The notes under the pieces are model-generated. The model made no database searches and had not been told where the DNA came from. It saw nothing but the letters and a program-made list of their open reading frames with translations. A stretch of 64,000 nucleotides of DNA, from assembly GCF_000150275.1 (NCBI RefSeq), contig NW_002060945.1, positions 7,183,607 through 7,247,606 on the forward strand, written 5' to 3'. A program made the translations under genes and the position numbers. This document shows, piece by piece, positions 39,801 to 54,115 of this stretch (position 1 is its first letter; every line of letters starts with the position of its first letter). The stretch is from Trichoplax adhaerens (Eukaryota > Animalia > Placozoa).

Positions 39801-42800
39801 GCATTATTGGCGTGATAGCAGCTACACTCATATTTGTTATCGTAATGATCGGCGTAGCATGGGAAGCCAGGGTAAGTTCGCGATATAATCATTGACGAAT
39901 TAGACATTAAAGTAAATTATAACGGTAGGAACTTTTAGTCCAATATATCAAAAGAAAATAATTAATATATAATTATGCATTATTACCTTATCATATAAGG
40001 CCCAGCTCATCTTATTTGTTTTACTGGTTGGAGCGATTATAAACTGTATAGTTGGTCCGATTATTTATTCTTTTACAATGCCCGAAGAAAAGCGTCTTCG
40101 CGGATTTACTGGACTAAACGGTAAGATGCCCATGCAATTATATTATGAATAACGATAGCAATGTTTCTTTACAGTAATGATCATATATTTTAGGGACTAC
40201 TTTCTTAGCCAATATGCCTTCGAAATTTTCACCCGGCGAATCATTCTTTACAATTTTTGCTGTTTTCTTTCCTGCTGCAACTGGTATCCTCGCAGGTGCT
40301 AATGTTTCAGCAATTTTAAAGGTAAAAACTACATACAGATAGAATATCTAACGGTGAAAATTAGAGTTGCTATTTACTTCAGAAGTAGTAAATGCGTAAT
40401 TTTACAGAATCCCTCAAAATCAATACCGAAAGGAACGTTATCAGCCATTTTGATCAGTACCATCACATATTTGGGTTTGGCTTGTCTATTTGCATCATCG
40501 GTCGTCCGATCAACCGCTTATGCTTCTGATGGTATTAACGTTGTAAACTGCACATTTCCGAATAGTTACGGACTTCTATGTGATTATCAGGTAATTAATT
40601 ATTTTTTTTTGCAGTGACGTGAAGGATACTTTCTAGTTTAGCAAGATTTCATTTCGTTACCTATTATGAAAAATTGAATTGATGTACTGTATTAAATCAC
40701 AGGTTGCAAGTATGATTTCTGCTTGGGAACCTTTAACTGCTGCTGGTAACTGTATATTCAATATTTTAAATGTGCTACAAATTAACCCTTGTAACACTAT
40801 ACGTATGACTAATCGAGTTGAGTAGTATTTCATTATCACTATTGTTAATAATCCATTAACATTTAACGTTACTATTATTCAAGGTATTTTTGCAGCTACA
40901 ATTTCTTCGGCTTTAGCAAGCTTGGTAGGAGCTCCAAATGTTTTACAGGTACACACGTGCTTTATTTAAATCGAATACGATCGATCTAATCATTTTAGTC
41001 TCATGATAAGGCTGTTGGGAAAGACAAACTATTTCCATACGTTAAAATATTTGGCGTTGGCTATGGAAAAATGCAAGAACCTCGTAGAGGATATGCACTT
41101 ACGTATGCTATATCGATGGCATTCATTGCCATAGGTATGGTACATGATACAACTACGTTATATTTACCTTATCTAATATAGATTTATGCTTGGAAAATAA
41201 TATATAAGCATACCGTTAGCTCTAATTTTCAATTTTTTGTTAGGAGACCTCAATGACATAGCTCCGATCATTTCAAATTTTTTTTTAATCGCTTATGCAT
41301 TAATCAACTATTCATGCTTTGACGCATCGCAAGCATGTTCACCAGGTACAGCAAATGTAGTCGGAAAAATTTTTATGAACCGTCTTTTACTTTCTTACAT
41401 TTTCTCTTTTTAACATGATAGTAATACTGTAATTTAATTAGTAAGTTGGATGATATTCATTGAAAGAAATTATTTAAATAATACTTTGATAGGATGGCGG
41501 CCATCATTCAAATATTATTCCAAATGGTGTTCACTTCTTGGCGCTGTGCTCTGCATTGGTGCGATGTTTGTAATTAATTGGTGGGCTGCCTTGATAACCA
41601 TTGGTTTCGTTGCTAGTTTATATAAATACGTTGATTATACAAAACCAGGTACATCTTGAAGCATTGATTTGATAGATACCTTTTTCAATATCTAAAATAG
41701 CTATTAATAACGAGAAACGATTTTACTGAAATATTTAGAGGTCAATTGGGGTTCGTCTGTGCAAGCCCGTCAATACGTCAGCGCATTAAATGCCGCATAT
41801 AGACTTAATGCGACTCTTGACCATGTCAAAAATTTTCGGTAGATATCAACTGTTTTCGTTGTTCAACATTTTGCCATGCTGTTGTAACTGAAGATAGCTG
41901 GTATTATTATTATCGATGTCTAGCCCACAGTGTCTTGTACTTTGCGGAAATATATCTGAAAGAAGAAATCTCGTTCAGTTTGCCTCGCACTTTACAACCA
42001 ACACTGGATTATTAATTTGTGGTATTATTCAGCCGGTATGAGTCAATATAATTCTTAAAATGTTTTTCTAGATAGCTTGAATCATTCTAAAACTATTGAA
42101 GAATATAAAGTGATAAATGATGATAATCAATTAGGAAAAGGCTCGAGAACGCTTGCAGGAGCAGTATGAAATCTTGCAGCAGATGAAAGTAAAGCTGAAC
42201 TCATTTCTCAATTATTTTATTATTTTAAATGAAAATTGTTATCAATCGTAACTGTAAATTAGTAGCACTAAATGAATGTACTATTTCATTGTAGATCAGA
42301 GCTTTTATTTCATCGGTGACCAGCAATGATTTACTTTCTGGTGCGAGATCGTTAATGCAAGCATGTGGTTTAGGCAAATTGTCTCCAAATATGATTCTGT
42401 TCGGATATATGGAAAATTGGAAAAATCGTCTTACTTTGGTGGACGATTATGTAAATATAATCCAGTAAGAAAAAATGTCATGTTTTCTGCTCATTTCTGT
42501 ACTACTTAGTTCATTACACTCGGAATAAAATTAAGAGAAATTTTAAACAATTTCTAGCGATGCGTTTGATTTAAATTTTGGGGTAGCGATATTTCGAAAT
42601 AAGAATAATATTTCCATGGTACCTAATAAAGGTATGTTGTACATTGTACAACTAAAATGGCATATACTAGTATTATTTTAATTATTTTTGTCTACACCTA
42701 TAATGTGATTTCTCTAAATCATGTTGAGACGTTTTAAATAAAATTTATATAAAATTTATTATGAAGCTGAAAACTCCACCCGAAATACTAACGAAAGTAA

Positions 42801-44185
42801 AAATGGTTTGGATGAAATCTTAACAGAAATGGTAAAACTTTCTCCAGATGATAACTTTACTCAATTAAAAGATAAACCCAAAAGAAAAAACGTAATTGAT
42901 ATCTGGTGGATTTATGACGACGGGGGTAAATAAATTATGGCTTACTACTTGTAATTCCGTTTGCAATTGTTAATATTCATTTTAGACATCGAGAATGCTG
43001 TAGTATTCCCATATTAGTTACATTGTAAAAGTTTTAATTTTGGTTTTGTTATAGGTTTGACTGTTTTGATCCCTTACTTACTAAGCCTAAGCAGATATTG
43101 GTCAAATTGCAAATTGAGAGTATTAACCCCTGGAAAGCCAGAGAGACTGCAGCTAACGATGATTAGGTAGTTATAGTAGTTAGACATTCGTAATTCTTGA
43201 ATTGAATCAAAGTAGTAGGAAATGTAATGAAATTTCGAACTCTGGCAAGTTCAACTTGTTGTGTGTACATTATTGCACGGATTAAAATGAAGTCCTAGGG
43301 AAGTTTTTGTAGAAGTTCCAATATCGATGTTACTGAATGATACCGTGTCCCAAAACGTCTAATCGCATACCATGCTATCTAGATGCTAGATAATGTTTGT
43401 GTAAAATTTTTGTGGAATAGACATGTATAAACAAATAGTAACTTGGAATGAGCTAATCGAGTAATGACTGACCATTAAATTATACGAATTTCGGTTGTTA
43501 TGTATACTACGAGTATTTTTATCTCCCTATGTTAAAAATAAGTTTCTTATTAACTTCAACCGTTGTGTCTGCCTCCCAATAGGATGGCAACTCTTTTGAA
43601 AAAGTTTCGCATAGATTATGAAAATGTAATTGCCTTGGGTGATATAAATGAAGAACCTTGTGAGGAGAGGTACAGTATTGAAATTGTGATAGTCAATAAT
43701 AATACGGACATACGTCGTATAATTGCTAAAGTTAATAACGTTTATATAATTTTAGCATATCCCTTTTTCGGGAACTCTCTGCTGACTGCGAATATTGTGA
43801 TAATAACTTGGAGCTGGATGATAAAGTAAGTTAAGATCGTTCATACTGAACTATTTCTATTGCATCGAACTAACTGCAAACTATTAATACCGTTAAACAG
43901 TCTAAAAGACACATCAAAATTGGCGAATTGTTATTGAAGCATTCTGCCGGATCAAATTTGGTAGTTATGTATGTATTATTTTATTATATTATCATTGAGC
44001 CTGATGTAAGACTTTTTAAACGAAATATGTTTTAATCGTTCTTTAGCACCTTACCTATACCTCGTAAGAATGTCTGTACCGCAACTAAATATATGAGTTG
44101 GTTGGAGGTTATATCTGGTTCACTAACTTGTCCGGTATTAATGATACGTGGAAACCAAACTAATGTTTTAACGTTTAATTCTTAA
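36811..44185 (+). CDS. SLC12A2: SLC12 cation-chloride cotransporter, NKCC/NCC clade, paralog A (multi-exon)
   Basis: Spliced motifs [109 protein letters not shown] and C-terminal [13 protein letters not shown] (TAA 44183-44185). The symbol denotes the family; exact orthology is not established. Confidence 0.93.
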
Positions 44186-46325
44186 GTAGTGATTATAGTT
44201 AAAAAATCGATACTAACACGAGAAGTATGAAATTTAAAACTTTCCTATCATATACTTCAATATCTCCTTAAGTTGCTTCTGCACAGTATATGCATACGTG
44301 TATGGTATTTCAACAAGATTAAGATTTAAAAGAATTCAAGATAAAAACATTAAGATGCTATTATGCTGTCTCAGATAGCTCGTTGTTCGTAATGCGATGC
44401 ACTATATCTTATTAGCGGATTTAAGTCAGTACTTTTAATTTTGCTGTGCAATTATCATTGTTATATTTTCATCAGACAAGCCTATCTGATATATAATTAT
44501 AATTGAATTTATACTGAAAATATATTTGCTGATTTGATAATGTATTGATACACATACCTTCCTGTCGTTCAAATCCTGTATTTACGTTTATACTGAATAG
44601 TCAAAAATTTTTACTTGTATTAAATTACAAAGTTTCAGTTTCACATGAAGACGATAAATACCACATGTAAGACTGCAATACATCGCTGTAATTAGTACTT
44701 ATATCACAATTTTTACGCAATACTCTACGCTGTATATTTAACATGTGGAAAGTTATACACGCTTCTATCCTATACGCGTATTGAATAATACAGTATATAG
44801 AAAATTTTGTGTCATCATTGGTGTGTAAAAAATCTTTTATATTTTTTTCCATTAACTGTAATTTCGTCTATTTGCAATTATAATTTTCATGTAACTATCC
44901 ACTCTAATATTGATCTTCTATTGAAATACCATGATAGAAGTAATAAAAATTGTTATCATTGCAGTTGACCGTGACGTACATTATGGCATAGGTTTTCGAA
45001 AGCTGTGGCAAAAGTATTGCAAATATCTAATGATATCTTTTATTGCTATACTAGAAGAGTGCTAATCTGTCCAGTGTAGTCGACAGAAGAGAAAGGAACA
45101 GGGCATGGACGAAAGCTGTAAAAAATGTGTAGGCCGACTTTTTTGCTAGTCATTTCAACTGTACTGACCATCGGTAATCGTAGGCTATACCGTACAGGAG
45201 CCTGCTCCAAATTAGCTGCCTGGCTGGTTTTGCATAGTACGGTGCAAAGTTACAGCTGCAGTTTATTGTTAAATGACTGCAAAAAAAAGTCGACCTCCAC
45301 ATTTTTTGCAGCTTTCTGCCGTATCCAGTCCCTCTCTTCTTTTTCGAGTAGTTGATTGCATACGTAGATGAGACCTTCGCAAAAATTTAATATTCTTATC
45401 CCCATCCCATCGTATTTATTACTGTATTTTCATATGATAGTCACACTCGCAGTAGCCCAAAATAAATCTATAACACCGGCTAGTGTGCTCGCTATCACAT
45501 TAAAAGTCATTGCCAACCTACTTTACAGCGCTAATTCCAATCGTTTATGACTTTAAATAAGTTTATTTTGCAAAATCGATATTAATTAATTAACTTCATT
45601 CATCTCAAGCCGCGCCCTCGACATCACCTGTGCACTCGTATAATCCAATTGACGTCATGTCGTACTGTGCAAAAATATTGTCATGTCTTTCCATTTCTTT
45701 TTGATCCTATGATACGACAGATTAATGAATAAAAACGCTCTCTTAATGAGATGACAGCTATATTGCACAGCTCTCCTTTAGACTTGGCTCTGTTTTGCCA
45801 ACACCCGGAGTACAGTATCCTTATTAAGGACTCTAGTATAGTGCAGTATCGTATGCTGTACCATGCAGCACTGCGCAGGCCCAACTATTGTATAACTAAT
45901 GTCACTAAAGTACGCTGAGGCAAAGATCTGTATTACTTATTTAAAGTTAAGTAACCGTACCTGCCTAAACCGCCAAACAGTCCCAATATATAAATTACAA
46001 TTCCTTTATTAGCGTTTCCAGCGGCGTTTTATTGAATCATTTCCTTGTCCTAAAAACAAATGAATCATTTGCTTGGGGCTCTATTAAACTGTAAGTAAGA
46101 CAAAAATTGAAACTATTCGATCTGCTGTTGATTGGCATATAAAAGTAAGCATCATCTAGACATATCTCTACTGTAGATACTCACTCGTAGCTGGGAGACA
46201 ATCGATGTTACACTAATCTAAAAAATGAATTAAGATTATGCCAACTTGCTTGACTCTAGGACACATTTAGGCAGGGAATTTGGCTAGATTGCCAATTATT
46301 AACTAATAACAACAGCTAGTAAAGC

Positions 46326-49300
46326 ATGGATCAAAAATCCGAGTTAGTCAACAGTAAATTTCGGGTTAAGAAGAATGTAATCATCGAATCAACCGAGGAA
46401 AATGATGATATTCGATCACATGCATCAAGTAACGCTGATGAACACCAGAAGACTCTTCAATTTACTGCCTTAAATAGTTCTTATTTCACTACGGATGCCT
46501 TACCTATGATGACGTATTATAAGCAAACGTTAACATCGCGTGATACACGTCGAAATCGACCAACTTTGCAAGATCTTCATGAGCCAAGAGTGGTAATAAA
46601 TGAATACTTTTAATCACTATATTGTATTGATAGCAGTAAACAACTATACCCAAATGGGTATAGATAAAATGAAATCATAAATTGTTTTCACTGTCAAGAC
46701 TGTAACAGAAATGGAAATCTTTTCCAAAATATTCACCGCCTTGATAGAACATATAAAGTTTTCTTTTCTATTTCTTTCTAGCAAGAAGAGTAGATGATGT
46801 AGAAAGATTATAATGATGGCAGTGCGATAGACTCATATTGTCAATGATTATTATTTTAGACGGTCAAATAACTACATCACTTTAATAATTCTACGGATTA
46901 AAATAGCGATGATATTGACAATTACTGTTAAGATTAAAGTACTGTACACAAATATACAATAGTGAAGAATAGGCTTGTGCGCATATACCTTTGGTGTTTT
47001 CGTACTGATAGAATATTCGATACACATAAAGAAGTGTAAATATGCCGCCGTTCTTGCTTGTGCTATTAAAAATTCGTCCGCTGTCTTGACTAAATAGACT
47101 ATACAAAACTGTCGATTGAATCTATTCATTATTAATCAGGGTACCAATGTTGAAGAAGGAAGGGTAAGAAAGATGGAGAAATCGAAATCAGTTGATGCTG
47201 GTGGCACACAACCGGAAGGTCCCAGTAAATTTGGTTGGATTCAAGGAGTTTTGGTATAGATTATAATTATCAGTAGTATAATATGCTAATTAGCAATTGG
47301 GCTAGACTCACTGATTTCAACACTTTAACTATTTGTAAGCAAATTTCGTTCAGCTAAGAGAAAAAAACTAGTGGATAACCTATCAGACTGTAATAACTCG
47401 ACTTACAAAATCGAAATCATATCGTACTGTAACTATCTAAATAGACAATGCCATCAATAGCAATAGTTAAACTGGGCAGCATGATGATGGTAATATCCTA
47501 TAGATTAACTTAACTGTGTCTGTCATTAATAAACAATTACAATTAACCGTTAAATTTATAGTTAAGTAATCCTTGATATATATTCAGAACTCTATAAATG
47601 TAGCACTACTACTGTAGAAACTATAAATTATGATCTTGAATAATATCTTAGCACTATTTAGCTTACCTATCTTTAAACTGATTCGGGATAACAAATAGAC
47701 ACATAACTTTAATTAGTTAACAACTGCAGTATAACTACATTTGTTAATTGGATACTTTTAGATTCGATGTTTGTTAAACATCTGGGGAGTGATGCTCTTC
47801 TTGCGACTTTCATGGGTTGTAGGTGAAGCTGGTATCGGTATGTTAATTAATTTATGATATATGTATTTAAATACTAAATATAGACGAGTTCGCGTATCAA
47901 CTCTTACCATCAGATGCAATATTGTGACTACATATGTCTCCTCTTAATTAAAGTACATGTCCTATATCTATTAACAATAAAACTGCAACTAGAAATAGAT
48001 ATGTAATGATTGTAGCACATTGTAGTATTTATCCTGCACAGTTTATTATGCAAATATAGTACTTACGATTTCTTGCAATATAAATATAACAACATATGTT
48101 CACTTACGATAGATACGAGTACAGTAATTCTACATTAAAAAGTATGTTCAACACCCATGTTACAGACTTATTTTTAACTTCGTTAATTATAATCATATTT
48201 AATTGCTACAGCGTAAAGTTTTCGTATGTACACTACAATTTACGCTGCATTTACAACTCAATCATCACTTACTGACGACAACAGTAAACCTTTTCATAAT
48301 AATTGCAACATATTAGCCATGATATGGAATATAGAGCGCTCTAGAAATACAATATTGATAAACCTGTATATATATTTCATGAAGGAAATTATGCCATACT
48401 TACGTGAACTATTACTGATACGACAATAAATTAAATACTCTTGCAGGATTTGCGTGCCTCATAATTCTATTAGCAGCAACAGTAACTACTATTACTACCT
48501 TATCAATGTCTGCTATTTGTAGCAATGGAGAAGTAAAGGGAGGTAAGTTCATACAAAGTATGATCATTGGCGGTTTAAAATCAAAATGCGTACTTACACG
48601 ATTGCAATGTGATCTACAGGTGGAGCATACTATTTAATCTCAAGAAGTTTAGGGCCGCAATTCGGTATTTATCAGATTTGTGTTGCAATTAATGTTTTCA
48701 ATATTTAAAAATTTCTAGAGATGATATCTCGTTATTAATAGTTAACTAACTAATTAAATAAGGTGGAGCTATAGGATTAGTATTTTCTGCTGCCAATTCA
48801 ATCGGCGTTGCTCTGTATATCGTCGGTTTTGCCGAATCAGTAAAAGATTACCTCAAAGTACGAAAATAAAAAATTTTGAACAATTTGAGATTTAAATGTT
48901 GATTTCGGACTTTAAAACTCCTTAATGGGGTACACATAGCTGATATAATGTCTTTCGTTTTGATGCAACTGTAGGCAATAAATATAACTTTAGTCGACGA
49001 GATTAACGACGTTCGTATAATTGGAGTCATTGCGGCCACAATCGTATTTGCGATTGCAATGTCAGGTGTTGCATGGGAATCGAAGGTGCGTATAGATATA
49101 TGTCAACGTAATAAAATACTTACATAAATATTATCATTCATCAATATTCACGAAAAATAGCTTCTGAGTGACTTCTATTTTATACTATTAATTTGCTTAT
49201 CTTATCTTGTGATATGCAATTTAGTCATGCACAAGTTAAAAATATTTATTACGCCTTGTCAATCTATTTTTTATTGACTTGTGCGCTACGATATTTTGAA

Positions 49301-52300
49301 TTTACATTTAGGCCCAGGTTATTCTGTTCGTTTTGCTGATTGCTGCTATCTTAAATTGTATTGTTGGCTCTATCATGTATTCATTTATTATGCCCGCTGA
49401 TAAAGTCGCTCGTGGATTCACAGGATTAAGTGGTATACTAATTTAATTATATCGTGCGGTTATACAGCTTCGCTATCTTGCTACTTCTGAGCGCTTAATA
49501 TTATGTGAACAAAAATTGTACCTGATTGGGTTGCTTTAATAACGTACAGTAGATTTCTGATATTTATCATATATGCATGTACGTATACTTGTATATTGAA
49601 TATTTCAGAATTATACGACGTTTTAACCAATATCTGACTTGATTAATTTTAACTATACAGCTGCCACCTTTCTTAACAATACCGCGCCGAAATTTTCACC
49701 TACTGAGTCATTCTTTACTGTCTTTGGAGTTTTCTTCCCAGCTGCTACTGGTATTCTCGCTGGTGCAAATATTTCTGCTAATTTAAAGGTATACTAAGGA
49801 AGATCTGAATATAAGATGTTGTAATTGATCATACGTCCATTTCGAAATAACCTTAGATCACAAATTATCATTTACACTATGTCATAAATTAACTATTTTC
49901 GATACTAGGAGCCGTCAAAGTCTATTCCGATTGGAACTTTATTAGCAATTTTGATCAGTACAATTGCTTATTTGGGATTAGCATGCTTATTTGGATCAGC
50001 TGTTGAACGATCTACGATATTTTCCTCGAGCAATAATACTTATTCATTAAACTGTACAGCGGGGTGTAGATATGGTCTTCGATATGACAATCAGGTAGTT
50101 TCTTGACTATAAATCTAAAGTGTTTACATTTGATATGACACGATATTGAACCTTTTGATGGAATACTACTATACAATGTAATACTATTTGAACTGGCTAA
50201 TTATTTACCGTCCTTTTAATACAAGAGAATTAATGAATACAATCCTAGTCAATACCTTCAACAGGTATCGAATCTTTTTAATGAAAATAATTGTCAAAAT
50301 GTTATCATCTAATAGGTCGCAAGTATGATATCTGGTTGGGAGCCTCTTACTGCTGCAGGTATTTTTCTTGACTATTTTATTTTATGTTTTGAACCTAAAC
50401 TTTGATGTACACTTATATCATTGAGCGTATGTAGATAAAATCTTGTTTGTTAAACGAATTCACACTTACGCGTTTACTTCGTACGCTATTTTATGGACTA
50501 TAATCAGGTTATTCTGCTATAGGTATAATGCGAGTATTTTGATATTTTGGTCCGTTTCGATCATATTGTACAAATTAGGTATTTTTGCAGCAACAATTTC
50601 GTCAGCTTTAGCTAGCATGATTGGCGCTCCGAATATTTTACAGGTATACAAGAGAACAATTCGTTAGATACTTGTGTGCATTCAGTATAATAAATCTAGT
50701 ACAATAGTAAATTAGTAAAATAAAGAAAATTTTTTGTTTCTTCAGGCAGTGGGAGCGGATAGACTATTTCCATATTTGGAGTTTTTTAGTGTTGGTAATG
50801 GTGAAAGAAATGAACCTCGCAGAGGAATTGCATTAACTTATATTGTTGCCTTGATCTTCATCGCTATTGGTACTGGATACTACATAATATTAATTAGTAT
50901 TATAAACTAGATGGAAATAATAATTTTATATTATAACATAATAATGAATATTAAGCAAATTCTTTTGTCGATGTTTCAGCTGAGTTAAACTATATAGCAC
51001 CTATCATTTCCAATTTCTTTCTGATCGCATATGCATTAATCAATTATTCATGCTTTGATGCATCACAAGCGCGTTCTCCTGGTATGCCCTTTTGTAAATT
51101 TAATAATAATATTTTGCAAGTTTTATGTTACAGACTTACAGTATGTAGTTCATAGCATAGCATAGCTGTCTCTGATTTTCACTTAGTTTAATGGCCTTTC
51201 TTATACATTGTATTAAAAATACAGACGCATTATATTATTATTCCCTAGGTTGGCGACCCTCTTTCAAATTTTATTCTAAGTGGTGTTCTCTTGTTGGTGC
51301 TTTAACATGTGTTGCAGTTATGTTTGTTATTAATTGGTGGGCGGCATTGATTACAATTGCAGTCGTTATTGGCCTCTACAAGTATATTGATTATTCGAAA
51401 CCAGGTGAAAAATAGCAACTCTTGCATGCTAATAAACAAATGAATGATCATAAATTTATATGATTTAATGCAGTATCTTATGTAAAATATTTTAGTTGTC
51501 AACTGGGGCTCATCTGGCCATGCTCGTCAATACATTAATGCGTTAGATGCTGCATATAAACTAAATACAACAGTCAGCCATGTCAAGAATTTTAGGTAAT
51601 TAGTTATAGGACTAGAAATTGTTCTAATATGTATTGTTAACGGGAAACAATTTTGTAACGTCGATGGATAATCTAGGCCTCAGTGTCTCGTGTTATGTGG
51701 AATTCCATCTGAAAGACTACCTCTTGTAAAATTTGCTTCGAATTTTACTAATAATTATGGATTACTAATATGTGGAAATGTTATGCAGGTAGGTGTAGTC
51801 ACCGTGTAATATATATACGCGTACTGTATATCGATGAAAGTAGATCGATTATTATGATGGCTTTCATGGGTCGCTGATCATAATGTCTTTCTTTCGATAA
51901 TTGTTACTAACACATATAACATAACCTTAGGAAAAGTCTAATACTGATATGAAAGATCAGTATAAAATTCTTCAAGAAAATAAGGTAATTTTGTTCATAA
52001 ATTACTAGAGATCGTTTAGTAGTAAAATGATTATACAAAGCAAAATCTTAATAGCAACTTATTATCTATAATATTTACTACTTGTCATAATTATAAACAA
52101 ATACTGTAACGGTTATTTAAAAAATTGTACGATGCTAACGATTCCTTGATGGTTAAACAGATTAAAGCAGTTGTAACAACCGTCACTAGCACAGACTTTA
52201 TCTTGGGTGCGAGAGCATTAATGCAAGCATCAGGTTTAGGAAAATTATCGCCTAACATGATTTTATTTGGATTCTTGGAAAATTGGCAGAATCGGGATGA

Positions 52301-54115
52301 TAGAATCGAGAATTACGTTGCAATAATACAGTGTGTGACATGAATTATGAATAGTTTATAGCCTTCATATCGTTAAAAATAGTAGTTTACGCAATGCCGC
52401 TTCTTATGTAACTGAAATATAAATCTTATATTAAACTTGTTGAACTGTTATAGTGATGCCTTCGATTTAAACTTTGGTGTAGCAATTTTTCGTGATAGAT
52501 TAGAGAAAGAAAAAGGTAACTATACAGGTCACATTCTATTCGTTATAGATTTACTTTTGTGCTTAATTACATTTATAACAGTTAACCATTAAAGTGAGAT
52601 ATCACTAATGGTATTGTTATCCGATAACAAAGGCGAAAACAACTTCGATAAGAATTTACAGGAGTCAGGAGAAGGTCTGTAATTCGGTTTATGCAGTATT
52701 TCATAATTGACAAGAAACATGTTACTAAAATGTAGCATAAATACCTTTCACATTGATAGGTGTACGTTTTTGCAGCAATCGAACTAAAGAAGGCAACAAC
52801 TTGGGCGGTGAAGTAGTAGACTTTGGTAGAGGTCAGTAGACATTAGTAACTAGCTATTTGTTTATGAGAATGGCTTAGCTAGGATTGATTACTCTACATT
52901 GTTAAAAGTAAACGCATTTTTTCTACTATTAGGCGTACTTTCTCATAATAAACCAGGAAAGAGTGACAGTAAATTAAGCAATAACTTTAAGGAGCTACTT
53001 AAGCAACCTGTAGAAGATAAGTACGTTCAGCTGAAGGAAGTTCGAAAAATAGATAGTGTAATTGATATATGGTGGATTTACGATGATGGAGGTAATAAAA
53101 TGTGTCTTTTTGCTAATGGTGATAGTGCACTAAGCAATTGTAGCTTGAATGTCGAATTTATTGAATTAATATCTGGTTTTTATTAATGGCTTCTCAATAT
53201 GTAACAGGGTTAACTATTCTAATTCCTTACTTGTTGAGCTTAAGTAAGCGATGGTCGAACTGTAAATTGAGAATATTCACACCTGGAAAACCGGAAAAAC
53301 TACGTGATACTATGATTGGGTTAATAGAATTTAGGACAATATAGTATAATTTTTTGAATACCAAAAGGACATTATTTTATAAACGATGTTATCATTGTTT
53401 AGCACACTCTAATATCGTATCCTGGATGTTGACTTGATAGGATGACTATACTACTAAAAAAATTCCGTATCGAATACGAAAATGTGATAGCAGTAGGCGA
53501 TATAAATGAAGAACCATCTGAAGAGAGGTAATTTTTTTCTTACGTTAGATTTTCTAGCCAATTACATGATAACGTAAATAATACTGCTATGATAAAATGT
53601 GTCTGAATTGGCATGTTACGTTAACTTTTTAGCATGTCAAGATTTTGTCAATCATTTCCTTCACTGGGACATATTTTTGGTAACTCTGATATAGAAAATA
53701 AAGTAAGTAAGCCAAGATAAGTAGTTGAAAAATAATTAATTAAAAATTTTAATGAAAAATTTTTTATCTTCCAATTTTATCAGACCAAAATACACATTAA
53801 ATTAAGTGAGCTATTAATTCGCCACTCTATGGAAGCTAGCCTAGTCGTTATGTAAGTCTAAGAGATTACTTTGCTTTATCGAATGTACATTGCGAACTAA
53901 ATAAACGTTTGCCTTTCGGGAATGTGAAGAAATATTCCAGCCGTATTGATTTTCTTTATTTTTCAACTCTACTCAGCACGTTACCAGTACCACGGAAAAA
54001 TTTCTGTCCCCCATCCGTATATATGAGTTGGCTAGAGACTATATCAGGCCCATTGCCTTGTCCAGTGTTGTTAGTTCGTGGCAATCAAACGAGCGTTTTA
54101 ACGTTTAATTCTTGA
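46326..54115 (+). CDS. SLC12A2: SLC12 cation-chloride cotransporter, NKCC/NCC clade, paralog B (multi-exon)
   Basis: Same motifs and intron positions as paralog A ([76 protein letters not shown]). Probable 5'UTR intron about 46091-46259. Confidence 0.93.
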
